Below are positions 22,613 through 33,959 of a DNA stretch of 36,591 nucleotides, one piece after another. The notes beneath the pieces were generated by a model. The model made no database searches. It was not told the origin of the DNA and was given only the letters and a program-made list of their open reading frames with translations. Positions within the stretch are counted from its first letter, which is position 1. Every line of letters begins with the position of its first letter. The stretch is from Octopus bimaculoides. Its lineage: Eukaryota. The DNA lies in contig NC_068988.1 of the NCBI RefSeq assembly GCF_001194135.2, forward strand, positions 5,095,565 to 5,132,155, given 5' to 3'. The position numbers and the translations under genes were made by a program.

Positions 22613-23391
22613 AAATTTGAAAGAAATGAAATTAATTAGAGACATCAAAGTTACACCTCCTTCAGGTTATGCGTATGTTTTAGCATTCCTCCCTGAAGCT
22701 CAGCTTCAATGGGGAATTTCGAGGGATTTTTTTCTCAATAATCAGTAAATCACAATTCGTTCAGAATATTTGTAAATCGTAAAAAGTCTTGTGAATTTTA
22801 CATAAACCCTATCGTATAAATGTGAAATAAAAGATGTTCTTCTTTTGTCGGAGAGCCATATCGTATTTCAGTTGTTTTGATTTTTATCCAAATATTTTCA
22901 GTCTTGTCAATCAATCAATCACTTATAGAATTTGTGTTAAAATATTTTTTTAAATGCTGTTTTCCTGTCATTTGATCCTGTTTTAGCATATTTTAATCTC
23001 TTCATTAAAGTACTAAGCAAACGTCGTAAATAATGTCACTGACATTTCTATCTCAGTCATCAAGTCAATCAGAATGATAGATCATTAGCACCATCTTCCC
23101 TACAAACAGAATAATCAGCGCAACAATCTGCACCTTCCCATAATAATCATAATAATTAATCACTACTCTCATCACTCCTATCATCGCCGCCATTAACTAT
23201 AATACACGGTTGATATTCGACAGATAACCAAGTCAATAAATGATAGATGATTAAATGATTTAACGTATTGAGTTCATCATTTCTCATTTCTGTGCGGTCA
23301 ATAAACACTCGGAGTACTCTTGAACGAAGTCTTCGCCTAACAGAAATTGGATTGTGTGTTTTGAAGCAATTTTATTAGTAGTGGAGCAGTA

Positions 23392-23649
23392 GCCGAACAT
23401 CGCAAAGCTGTGACACGAGGAGATATTGATAAATCGTGTATAGCTGATCATGTATGGAAAAATGGAGACCACCTCCCCTTGTGGGATGAAGTTAGAATAA
23501 TAGACAGAGAATACCACTGGAAAATACGAAAACTAAAAGAAGCAGCACATATGCTAGGACACAATAACCTCCTAAGCAGACTGAGTGCAGATATGAGCAG
23601 CATATGGGAACCGGTTTTAAGGAAGGATAGGAGAATATTAGATTTATAA
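23392..23649 (+). mobile_element. Penelope-like element GIY-YIG endonuclease C-terminus, 5'-truncated
   Basis: AEHRKAVTRGDIDKSCIADHVWKNGDHLPLWDEVRIIDREYHWKIRKLKEAAHM...: the EH..A....KS.IA.H...H...W....II..E.....R...EA pattern of PLE endonucleases; open to the stop at 23647-23649. Confidence 0.9.
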
Positions 23650-23672
23650 GCCCTAAAATTCACTCCATAATT

Positions 23673-23751
23673 GCCCACGTGCATAAAGCATAGTGGTTAC
23701 GAGATCGAGCTACTAACCCCAAGATTCCGAGTTCGATTCCAAGCAGTGACC
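23673..23751 (+). ncRNA. tRNA-derived (tRNA-Arg-like) Pol III cassette; not a functional tRNA
   Basis: A-box-like AAGCATAGTGG (23686-23696), B-box GAGTTCGATTCC (23729-23740), anticodon-loop-like CTACTAA and 3' CAGTGACC. Anticodon and T stems are poorly paired. Confidence 0.7.
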
Positions 23752-23753
23752 TG

Positions 23754-23810
23754 AATAATAATAATAATTATTATAATAATAGTAATAATAATAACAAAAA
23801 CAACAACAAC
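23754..23810. repeat. (AAT)n/(AAC)n spacer inside the PLE 3' module
   Basis: Direct reading. Confidence 0.9.
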
Positions 23811-23859
23811 ATCGAAAAATACCTTAGGAATGAGAGCCCAGGTTCGAAATTTCCCCCAA

Positions 23860-23905
23860 GACACCTGATGAAGGCTGGAGGGAATATCAGCCGAAAAGTT
23901 GTGTT
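23860..23905 (+). ncRNA. Type I minimal hammerhead ribozyme (PLE-associated variant)
   Basis: Stem I GACAC (23860-64)/GTGTT (23901-05); core CTGATGA (23865-71) plus extra A; stem II GGCTG (23873-77)/CAGCC (23888-92); GAAA (23893-96); then AGTT where CGTT is expected. Confidence 0.8.
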
Positions 23906-24633
23906 CACAAGATGAGGACAAATATCCGTCAAATGTAAATAATGTAAATAATTCCTCATCTCTTAAACATAGAACAATATATCAACTAATTTCGGCTCTT
24001 CTCTTTCAGTCACTATACATTGTTTTATTTTGTGCTTTTAGTATCGAATCGTCTGATCACTGAAAATTGCTGTAGTTGCTCATAGTTACAACCCATTGCT
24101 AGTGATAGAACATCAGTTGACATCTTGTCTTCCATTCTATCGATTCAGTCATTAATGTCTCTTCAATATTCTGGTCAAATTGAAAGAGAAAAAAATACAT
24201 AGAATAAATTTCTTTTTTAAATACTCTTCCTTGTCTCTGAAATGTTAAGGCATAACATCGGTATGAAAATGTCAGTGTCTACTTAACACACCATCACATC
24301 TCGTCTACATTTTCCAACTTGTCACTACTTTCCAGAGTTGTCATTGTTGATGTTTTTCAAAACTGCTAAACACCCAGTTGGCTGTGTATCATAATAAACC
24401 AACAAATGTCACCAAACAGGATTAAGTGTGCTTCGTACAAACAACGTTCTAAGCAGTAATGGAGAGGCAATTTTTCTTCTTTTTGAAACTTTTTTTTTTT
24501 TAATTGCAGTCACATTTACCGACATATAATTGATATAGGAACGGAATTTACACTCGTATAACGACACACATGCAGGCACGCATCCACAAAACAGCTTTAA
24601 ATAATGATAATAATGATGATGATTATGATGATG

Positions 24634-24985
24634 TCTTTTATTTGCCACAGGGACATCAGATAAGAGGATATTACAATGACAGTTTATAATGTGTGGAGGT
24701 TTTACAAGAAAAGATGAGTGGGAAAAAGGAGAGGAGGAAGAATTGCGATGAAAAAAATTTATCGTTTGCAAAATGTGTGGGGACATGCATGATGCCATTC
24801 TACTGATGGAGGAGAGTCTCCAACTTGGTCCAGTCAAGATCACACAGATCGCCAAAGTACAAGCCTTCACCCAACTGTTGTTGTCCAATCTACAGGTTCA
24901 TACTTGGAGTAGCTCCATTTACCCTAACCATTTCTGCCACAACCTTCCAACTTCTGAGAGGGTATAAGACGAGACGTTTTTTATT
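24634..24985 (-). mobile_element. 3' end of an L1/Tx1-like LINE (ORF2 C-terminus and 3' UTR), abutting an (ATG/ATA)n tract
   Basis: Minus frame ends ...SWKVVAEMVRVNGATPSMNL* (stop 24890-24892), similar to recalled Octopus L1/Tx1-type ORF2 ends. Pyrimidine-rich UTR, terminus TCCCTGTGGCAAATAAAAGA then (CAT)n. Confidence 0.65.
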
Positions 24986-24992
24986 ACAAGAG

Positions 24993-25158
24993 ATACCATT
25001 GAACCCAGTACCTGACTAGTACTTTATTTTATCGACCTCAAAAGGGATGAAAGGCACACTCAATCTCGGTGCGATTTGAACTCAGAAGTGTAGAGAGCCA
25101 AAACAAATGCCACAAAGTATTTTTTCGGTGCTCTAACGATTCTTCCAGGTTCCCAGTG
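24993..25158 (-). mobile_element. tRNA-derived SINE, head and core, 3'-truncated
   Basis: Minus strand CTGGAAGAATCGTTAGAGC...CTGAGTTCAAATCGCACCGAG...GCCTTTCATCCCTTTTGAGGTCGATAAAATAAAGTACTAG; same family as 13805 and 19291. Confidence 0.8.
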
Positions 25159-25199
25159 GGATATAAACGACAGGAAATACAGGTATGCGCTTTGTCGGG

Positions 25200-26060
25200 A
25201 AAAGGGGTTAATGAGCGTCGAGGGGGTAATAGAACTAGAGGAGATAAGCCTAGGTTTCTATGTAAAATAAGTTGGAGACGGTATACGGAAATAGTGGATC
25301 GAAAAAGAGAAAACAAAGAAATGTGGAAAAGAACAAATGTAACTTTGAAGGAAAGTAACTTTACTCAGCGCTACTCAAAAACAAGAAGAGATATGAGGTG
25401 ATAAGGTCAGCTGATTATGGCTAAAGAAAGAGATACTGAAGATATATATGGAAGGAAAAGAACTAAATTGTAAATTGGAGGCCAGGCATGATAGATCAGC
25501 AGGTCTGCTTATTCGAATGTAGGAAGCAAGAATCCAGACAGAACCATAGTTCACATTTTATCAGAATGTCAGCAATAAGCTCAAAATGAATACAAAACGT
25601 CTAAGTGTGGCAAGATTACTGTAATAATTCACTGGAATTGTGTAGGCAGTTTTGTTGGCACAGAAATTTTGTAAGCACAGAAAAATCTATAACCATCTTG
25701 TTGGAAGAGGTATGCAAGTCCTTGAAAACGATGAAGTGGTGACATACATTGTAACTGGTGTGACATTTCGTTCTGATACCAGAGTAAAAGGAAAAGAAGA
25801 ATAAAAAGAAGTGTATTACCCTAACTTGAAGAATGAAATCGTCACGTGGTAGAACAGAGAAGTTAACAAGGTCATGATATTGTAGTTTAATATTTTAGGG
25901 ACCACGGGAACAGGGACATGAGAAATCTGACAAAAAACCCTGAACGACTCGATCTGAACCTGTGAGTGGATGCAGTAGAGTCATTCTGTTTATCAGCAAG
26001 CATTATGAACAGATGTGAGAAGCAGAGGAAAGATTTCTACAGAAGGGAAAAAAATGTTCT
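25200..26060 (+). mobile_element. Decayed R4/Dong-like non-LTR retrotransposon C-terminus (CCHC knuckle plus restriction-like endonuclease)
   Basis: Collinear fragments LLSATQKQE, CLFEC.../TIVHILSECQQ*AQNEYK...IIHWNC (25543-25640) and DTRVKGKEE*KE..YPNLKNEI.TW..ILGT (25775-25900) follow the R4/Dong order AAQEQ, C..C..ET..HI.SEC..LA..EY..RH..IHW and D.RV..KE.EK..KY..LK.EI..W..GALG. Confidence 0.7.
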
Positions 26061-26267
26061 TCATCTTAGACCACAAGTTGTGGTCCCTAGGAGACATAAT
26101 TAAACTGAACACAATAAAAATGATAGTACTTGTGCCATTATACCCTATCTAAATCAATGATCGGACCAAAGACACTGAAGCGTCAAACTTCCATCGTTAA
26201 TCAAGATGGATCTGGACTCAAAATGTGCGTTTCATTTTCGGAGCTGAAAGAAAGTCCTAGAAACCCT

Positions 26268-26340
26268 AAAGTCGATTCTATCGACCCTGTACTCTGGCTT
26301 ATAAAATGGCCAACTGTATCACCCTACACCGAAAGTTTCG
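26268..26340 (-). mobile_element. Very decayed SINE core fragment
   Basis: GTCGATTCTATCGACCCTGTACTCTGG...CCGAAAG resembles the reverse complement of the SINE core. Confidence 0.3.
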
Positions 26341-27393
26341 ATCGACGTCATTTTTGTGTCTTTCCCCTTACCCCCACTTGTGTGTGTGTGTGTGTGTGTA
26401 TTTATGTATATATACACTTTTAATCCAATTTTCCATGCCAGAGCTGCTTTTCCCTGTCTAACTTTTCTCATAAAATATCGACCAGCAAAATCTCAACTGA
26501 TCAAGTTTATAAATATACCTATTATTGTGTAGCTCTTTTTTTTTTTCTTAAGATTTTATGTTTAACTTTGCCTAGCAACGAAAAAGGAACCGAATACTCA
26601 ATCCATGGTTGTCCGTATGACAATATTTTATTATGAAAAGAACGTTGAATCGCGTGAGCTTACATGTATCAAACATGCATAAAAGCAATACATCAAAACA
26701 GATCAATCAAATATATCAGATGTGAAGAGATCTGAGATGACATAATATTAGAGAAAAAGAGAGAGAGTGTGTGCGTGAGTGAGAGAGAGAGCGTGTGAGA
26801 GAGAGAGAGAGAGAGAGAGAAAGAAAGCCGTGTTCATGCAATAATAGAAAGTGTGGTTAGATGAAGAAATAAATAGGTAAATTTGGTGCAGCGAGGAGTT
26901 GAGTGAGAATAGAAAATGAGACAGAGAGAGAGTAAAACAATATTGAAAGGATATGGTGAATAAAAAGATTGCAATGGGGACGTACAGAAGAGGGAGATGG
27001 CAAAATAGTGACAGTGAGGTGAGGTGGGGGGGATTTCAGAGTAAAAGATAGGTTCTAGGTAAACTGAGTGAAACAGAGAAAGGTAGTTAAATAAACAAGA
27101 GAGAAAAGAAGATACCGAGAAAGAGAGAAGAGAGACTAAATTGCGGGTGTTTATAGCAGCGATAGACAGACAAGCAGACGGTCAGACAGACACAGGCAGG
27201 CAGGTAGGCAGGCAGACAGATAGACAGACAGATGGAGTGAGTGTGTGAGTGACTGTGTGTGTTTGTGGAGGGTGTATGGTTAGTGTGTGTGTGTGTGTGT
27301 GTGCAGAATTAAATAAACTCATCTAAAGAATAGAAATAGTTGTAAAGTCTATCTATATGGATGGAATTTTCAGAGGCAGTTAACAGCAGTATG

Positions 27394-27395
<2 letters not shown>

Positions 27396-27446
<51 letters not shown>
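27396..27446. repeat. (TG)n microsatellite
   Basis: Direct reading. Confidence 0.95.
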
Positions 27447-27448
<2 letters not shown>

Positions 27449-28256
27449 ACTGAAAGAGACAAAAAGCTATTGATATAAAAAGAATGTGACTCTAATGGTA
27501 GGAAAAGGCAAACTAAAAATAAATGAGTGAGGAAAAGATGAAAACAAGATGGCTGGAAGGAGCCAGCTTGCAAAAGAGATACTTAAATTTGATACGAAAT
27601 TAGTGAAGAGAAAAATTGAGAAAACCAAAGAGGAATATTAATAATTTGAGAGGAAAATAAGAAAATAAAATTGTGGCAGGGATGGAAATATGAAAGCAGA
27701 AAGTAGTTGTGGAAGTAAAGTAGTTAGAATAGAAGGGAAAAGGTGTGCAGTTGAAATATCAACAGAAGAAAGATGTTGTTTAGTGAAGAGTTAAGTAAAA
27801 GCGCGATCGAGTGGAATGGCGAGAAAATAGAGGAAAAGCTGGAAAACGTGAGTGATAAAAGATCTAGCACTGCTACTGTTTAAAGGAAGGCTTTGAGGGG
27901 GATTGATTCAATGGGCAAAATACTTTACTGATTCAGTTAGAAGCTCAAATAATAATTTCTTGCATTGAAACTGCGTCAAATATTCAAAGGGAAAAACATT
28001 ATTGATTGATTCAACCTCAGTATATAGAGGGTATGTTATTCGAATCAACAAATGCAGTCGCTGCTCCTCCAAGAAATAGTAACCAAATCGCCCAAAAGTC
28101 ACACTTAACTGACTTAATAAGGAAGCACGCATAACATTGCAGCCATGGACTAAATATTTCTAAATAAGAGGTGTAGTCAGGGCTGGAACGTCTGATCATA
28201 TTTCGCCTGGTACGAATATCAAATTTATAACCCACAGAAATTTATTACTGCACCAG

Positions 28257-28259
<3 letters not shown>

Positions 28260-28350
<91 letters not shown>
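28260..28350. repeat. (AC)n microsatellite, about 90 bp
   Basis: Direct reading. Confidence 0.95.
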
Positions 28351-28353
<3 letters not shown>

Positions 28354-29417
28354 GCTGACAGTCATACAGGCACAGAGAAACATAGAGAAACACAAAGATC
28401 TGTCACATGTCAGTAATTAACATAAATCTCACTCAACACCATTAACAGAATTACAACACATGATGCCGCCATTCCAATGTTCTGGTTTATCTTCCATTAA
28501 TCAGGATATTTTCACCATCTCTGAGCGCCAATACTTCCTTTCGATATCATGTAATTATCCTTTGTAAATCTAATCCTCGTGTTGTCTTTCATTCACTTTC
28601 ATGTTTGACAACATTATCAGGATAATTACATTCCAAATACCATTATGACGATAATTAGTTATCAAATACTAATTAATTTCTTAATTACTTCCCTGTAAAA
28701 AATCGTTGACAAAAATGACAAAATCGTTTATCGCATACATAGGTAAATCAGTTTTGTGTTCATTTCTTCTCAAGATATTAAGGCTACCACAAAAAAAATT
28801 GCTTTTAACTTTTCATATTGATTTAGTAATATTTGTTTATTGAGCGACCAGAAACAATTAGTAACTCAACAAAGTAAACAGACTACAATGTAAATAAGCC
28901 ATCTCATTTGATAACCTAGAATAACTGTCAGAGATCCTGGATAGCACCACAACCTTGACAGCTACCAACAACTGTTTCAAAACAATTCAAACTCTACAGC
29001 CGTTTCTTTGCAGTGTTCTAATATTACTCAATAAAGAAGCTTCATTTGGCCCCATTGTGATTCGTCCCAGATTGTTTTTCCCTATAGGTTCCAAAACAAA
29101 AGCACAAGGACTGTTGAAAAATAGCAATCTCAATGTTAAGTGCTGGTCTTTGTAAATTTCTAACTTCTTTGCCCATATTTTTGAATCATTTCCACAGATA
29201 CTGAAAATATTAGGGATGAGTTCAGAATGGAATTCGTCAGATTCTCTGAAGAAGTTAGTGTTTTCATATTGTTTAGAATAAATCTCTACTTAAATCCTGT
29301 TTCTTTTTGTTTTGTTTTTGCTTTTTTTTTTAAGATTATATCCCATTTATTCTGCTACAGGGGAAATTCCACCTGCATTACTGGTATATCTAACTATATT
29401 TCATTAACCTTCTGCTC

Positions 29418-29520
29418 TTAACCCATTAAGTCCCACTGTCCTATAAATAGGACACTAAATGAGAACATTAAATAAGCTATATCACATTGTCTCAGCGTCC
29501 TATTTAAAGGACACAAAGTA
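29418..29520 (+). mobile_element. Left end of a piggyBac-like element or MITE
   Basis: TTAA followed by CCC (TTAACCCATTAAGTCCC), with subterminal palindrome TGTCCTAT-AA-ATAGGACA (29437-29454) and variant GTCCTATTTAAAGGACAC (29497-29514). No matching right end seen. Confidence 0.5.
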
Positions 29521-31581
29521 TTTCCATTTCTACTTGGAGTAAAGGAGTTTTAATAATTTTTTTTTTTTCATTTTAGCCTATTTTCAAACATCCGTAAAAA
29601 TTTTAAAGTAATATTCAGAAATTCAAGTACTCTGAAACTTAATGAGTTAAGTATTTAAGCATAAAAGTAATTATATTGAAGCATACGAGTTCATGTAAGC
29701 AAATTCATTTGTGACCGTTGAAAATGTCAATGGCGGTATTTGCCTCGCATGATATTTAGTAGTCATACAGTTTTATAAATTAATAATGCATATTATGATA
29801 GATGGATATGATCTCTGTTTACAGGTGTGATGATATTAGTACAAGTTTTTTGTTTTAGAAATTAAATGTGTGGAGATGTGGTGTGTCTTGATGCCCTTTT
29901 TTATCCAAAGTTTTTAGTATAACGTGAGGTAGTGGTGCCTATGTCTCATACGAATGGTGTTAGCTGATCAACTGTGTGTGTACGTGTGTGTGTGTGTGTG
30001 TGTATGTGTGTGCCTGCGTGTGTGCGTGTAAGGATCAAGAATTAAATGTTAAAATGTTTTATAGATATTCTGTAAGATTATTTAAATAGAGCAATTAAAG
30101 AGGGTATCGCCTATTATCTTTTATGAAATTGAAAAATATCTCCCCAAATATGGACAGCAAAGGTCTTGGAGATTGACTGGACAGAAGATATGGTGAGAGA
30201 TGAACACGGTTTATAAACTGGGGGTGATGAAACAAACGGCTAAATCATGGATCAGAGAAATAGACCATTGGCAAGAACATTAGTGGGGAAGACAGTAAAT
30301 TATACAACCAGAATGTAGTATGTAAAATACGATAATTATTCTGAAAGTCAAATGTAAAGATTTAGATTTTTTTTTTAAAGTAAATCATATCAATAAGAGT
30401 CAGAAAAATTACTAAATATTAACGTGTAACCTTAAATGATATTAACATGTCATTTAGTATCCGTTTGCAGAGGAGGATTGTATTTCAATATTGTAAACAC
30501 TCCGACTATAACAATTTAAGGTTATTTCTGTCACCATCCACAAAATCGTTTCTCTTTTTGTCAATGATTAGACCGAAATATCGGATGATAAGTCGCTGAA
30601 TCATGACAAACTTCATGTGATGCGCCGATTCAGCCTAGCCTGGACCTATTTCTCTTCAGACTAAAGACTACGATTCAAAATCGCAAAGTGAAGTTGCTTA
30701 ATCTGTCCATTTTCCCAGTTAAGCTATAAAGATTTATTAAACAATACGATACAAATTCCAAACCTTTGCTATTGAAATCAATGCACAATTAATTACAATA
30801 GCAAACTCTCTAAACTGAAATTACTCTCGGCAGTGTGCCTCACATTGAATATTTCATAACATTGTATAGTAAGACCCCCATCGAATCAAACTAAAAATCG
30901 AGATGTCGAAGAAACTAAGAGAATATTAATTTCCTCTTCTGAAACTACACGTAAAGGGAACCGAACCCTTAGGAACGCTGTCCATGTTTTTATCGGCCAT
31001 GGGGAAATGAAATTTCTACAGCATTAAAGAGAAAGAATATCCACGACTTTAACCTTAATAAACAATAGTCTACAGGACTAAGTAAAGATTACTGAAAACG
31101 ACAATATTGTCCGGACATTAGTCAATTATTTCATTTAATTTTAACACTTTAATAAATGGTGTACAAAAATTACAAATGTTTCATTGAAGAAACTATAAAA
31201 CATTTTGGTTAAATCAAAATATACTCGCACAAAATGTTATACTCCTTGTTGCTTTTGAAACAAGAATCACATTCTTTTCAAACTACGAACAGCTTTCGCA
31301 TATTTTATTTAACAAGCTTTCCAATTAAAATCCAGTGTGTCTAATTATTAAATTTTCTAAAACTGATAAAATACAGATCATCTGATATACAATTTCTAAT
31401 TTTCTCCGTCACTACATTTCTCTCTCTCTCTACCTCTATCTCTATTTATCTATCTATCTTTCTCTCTTACTTTGAAATGAAAATATTCAACCTATGTTTA
31501 CCATCCTTAGTCGACTGTAAAAAGAAAATCTCAAATCCCCAGATAAACATTGCGCGCGCGCACAAACACGCGCACGCACGC

Positions 31582-31624
<43 letters not shown>

Positions 31625-31924
31625 TAACTCGTATTTGCTTGGAAAAACTACTTCTTTCCAGTCTTAATATTTTTGCCAATACTTTTTTTTTTATCTCGTG
31701 AGTGTCAATAAGATAAAAAGAGGATATTTAATTAATAATTATCAGTAGGCCAATCAATAAATCAATGAAAATAAATAATCGAAGCTCTAATGAGAGACAG
31801 TCGCTGTCGGTTATTTACCGATTCCGTTGATATAATTGGATAGGAATCGCTTTAAACAGCATCATTCTCTTAACACCATTACATCTTGCTACTGCTCGTG
31901 TTTTTTTTTTGTTATTTTTTGTTC

Positions 31925-31927
<3 letters not shown>

Positions 31928-31966
<39 letters not shown>

Positions 31967-32003
31967 NNNNNNNNNNNNNNNNNNNNNNNNCCTCTCTCTC
32001 TCC

Positions 32004-32036
<33 letters not shown>
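31928..32036. repeat. (CT)n with gap 31967-31990
   Basis: Direct reading. Confidence 0.95.
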
Positions 32037-33907
32037 CCAACAGTTCATATAATAATATGTGTTCTCTTTATATGCAAAGAAATACAAGAATACATGATTT
32101 CTCAGATGCTTTCAGATTTTCCTAAGAATTTCCTTTTTATCTTACCAACTGTTAGAACCTTCACAGTCAATGGAAGCAAAAGAAAAACCGATAAATTACA
32201 GCTGAAGCACAGCTTAATTCTAATTTCCTGACTCCTAACCTTAGCTTGGGTCAAGCCGTCAGTGAGTATTATCCAACAGTTTCTTATAAATCAAGTGTGA
32301 GTCGTTGAAGCTCCAGTCAACTTCAATCACTGTTCACAGGAAGTTATTTCATTTTGCTGCTATTTCGACGCCATCTTTGAAGGGAGAGGTTAAATGTAGG
32401 GGTGCCCAGGTCAGTTCATGTCTCAACGGCACATCATTCCAAGTTATATACATTGGAATTTGATTTCTGACTGACACGCTTGCTATCTACAAATATGATA
32501 AAATAAATACTGGGAATAGAGTAAGATAATCCAGTAGTTTCTAGATCGTTGACTGAAGTTTCTTAAAGATGACTAAATACTATTTAATGACTTCATTACA
32601 ACATAGGCTACTGTAAAGATGAGATGTGACGTATTTCTGTCCAGTCATCCAAATTGCATGAAGAACAAAGTCTCGCCAAGAAAATATTAAAATAACAAAA
32701 AAAAAAATAGGTCCTGCTTCTCCTAATCAGACATAAAACAAATACTCTCAATTAATATTAATGAATATTTGATATCAACATTCCATTACAGAAGAACCGT
32801 AAAGCAGCGTTTGTCGGCAAAATATGTTTTATCTCGGATACAATCATAGACAATAGTCTTATTATATCAAGCGAGTGACCCCTAACTAGACAACCTTCAT
32901 TCATTAATATACTCTTGATATTTCCGCTTCTTGTAATAACACTTTCACGAAAATGGAATTTAGGACAGATATTTTATAAGTATTCAAAACTTACAAACTT
33001 ACTAAGCATCATTGTTCATATTCTAATGCAGTCAGAGTTCTTCGTTGTAACAGCTGTTAAATAAACTTCCATTTACTATTATATCTTTCAGCGGAATCAA
33101 ATACTTCCGCTATGACAGACAAATAATGATGCAGTTCTTTTTCAGCTAATTTATATTTGTGGAAAAGTTTGTAATAAGTGAAATATGTTTTGTCATCAAA
33201 TATTTTCTGTGACCAGAATACTGGCTAGTAGACAACATAAACTATTTGAATGGAAAAAGAGAATTACGTATACAGATATCAGCCAATATAAGTGACATCT
33301 ATATCAATAAAAATTATGAGTTCATCTGTGGTCTTTATCTGTTTCTAGAGATGTTGCCTTTATGGTAATTTCATAATGCACAACAGAATGTGTATTTGAA
33401 ATTGTTTGAAAGTCTAGCCATAAAGCCGACCCATAAATCTAGTATTAGTGCAAACATTAGATGCTTTCTAGACATGTAACTCGTATAACTAACGCCATTG
33501 TTGCTAAATAGTTAACTGGGATTAAACATTTACTCTATATTTACATTTTAGCAACAACAAACGAGAACAAGTTTAATGTAATTTTCAGACGTCTGGTATA
33601 CAACCCAGCAACTATTAACATATTTAATTACACAACCTTTAAAGTGGTTAATACTTCTTATAAAAACTTGAGTAACATTAATCTGGATATGAATAATTGT
33701 TGTTGTGTACCGACTAATTTTACAGAACTGATATTCATATTCTCTATATTTCATATACAGCAGAAACATTCTAACCGATAGAAGGTAGCAATTCATATAA
33801 GTCAAAAGATAAACATGCAGTGTGTGAGCAGATATCCATCTTGTTACCAAATATAAATTGGCATGCAGAAAAGTAGATAAAAGAACTGATAAGAAAAGTA
33901 GGAAGAA

Positions 33908-33912
<5 letters not shown>

Positions 33913-33956
<44 letters not shown>
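33913..33956. repeat. (AG)n microsatellite
   Basis: Direct reading. Confidence 0.95.

Positions 33957-33959
<3 letters not shown>

Noticed and set aside
23673-23751. Possible genuine tRNA gene
   Set aside because: Acceptor, anticodon and T stems are largely unpaired; only the boxes and loops survive, so it is called tRNA-derived.
24409-24888. 159-aa minus-strand ORF
   Set aside because: Runs through a LINE 3' UTR and a (CAT)n tract; poly-His/Ser comes from simple repeats.
30140-30300. Weak RTE-like C-terminal words (WTAKVLE, WIR)
   Set aside because: Too short and not collinear enough to call.
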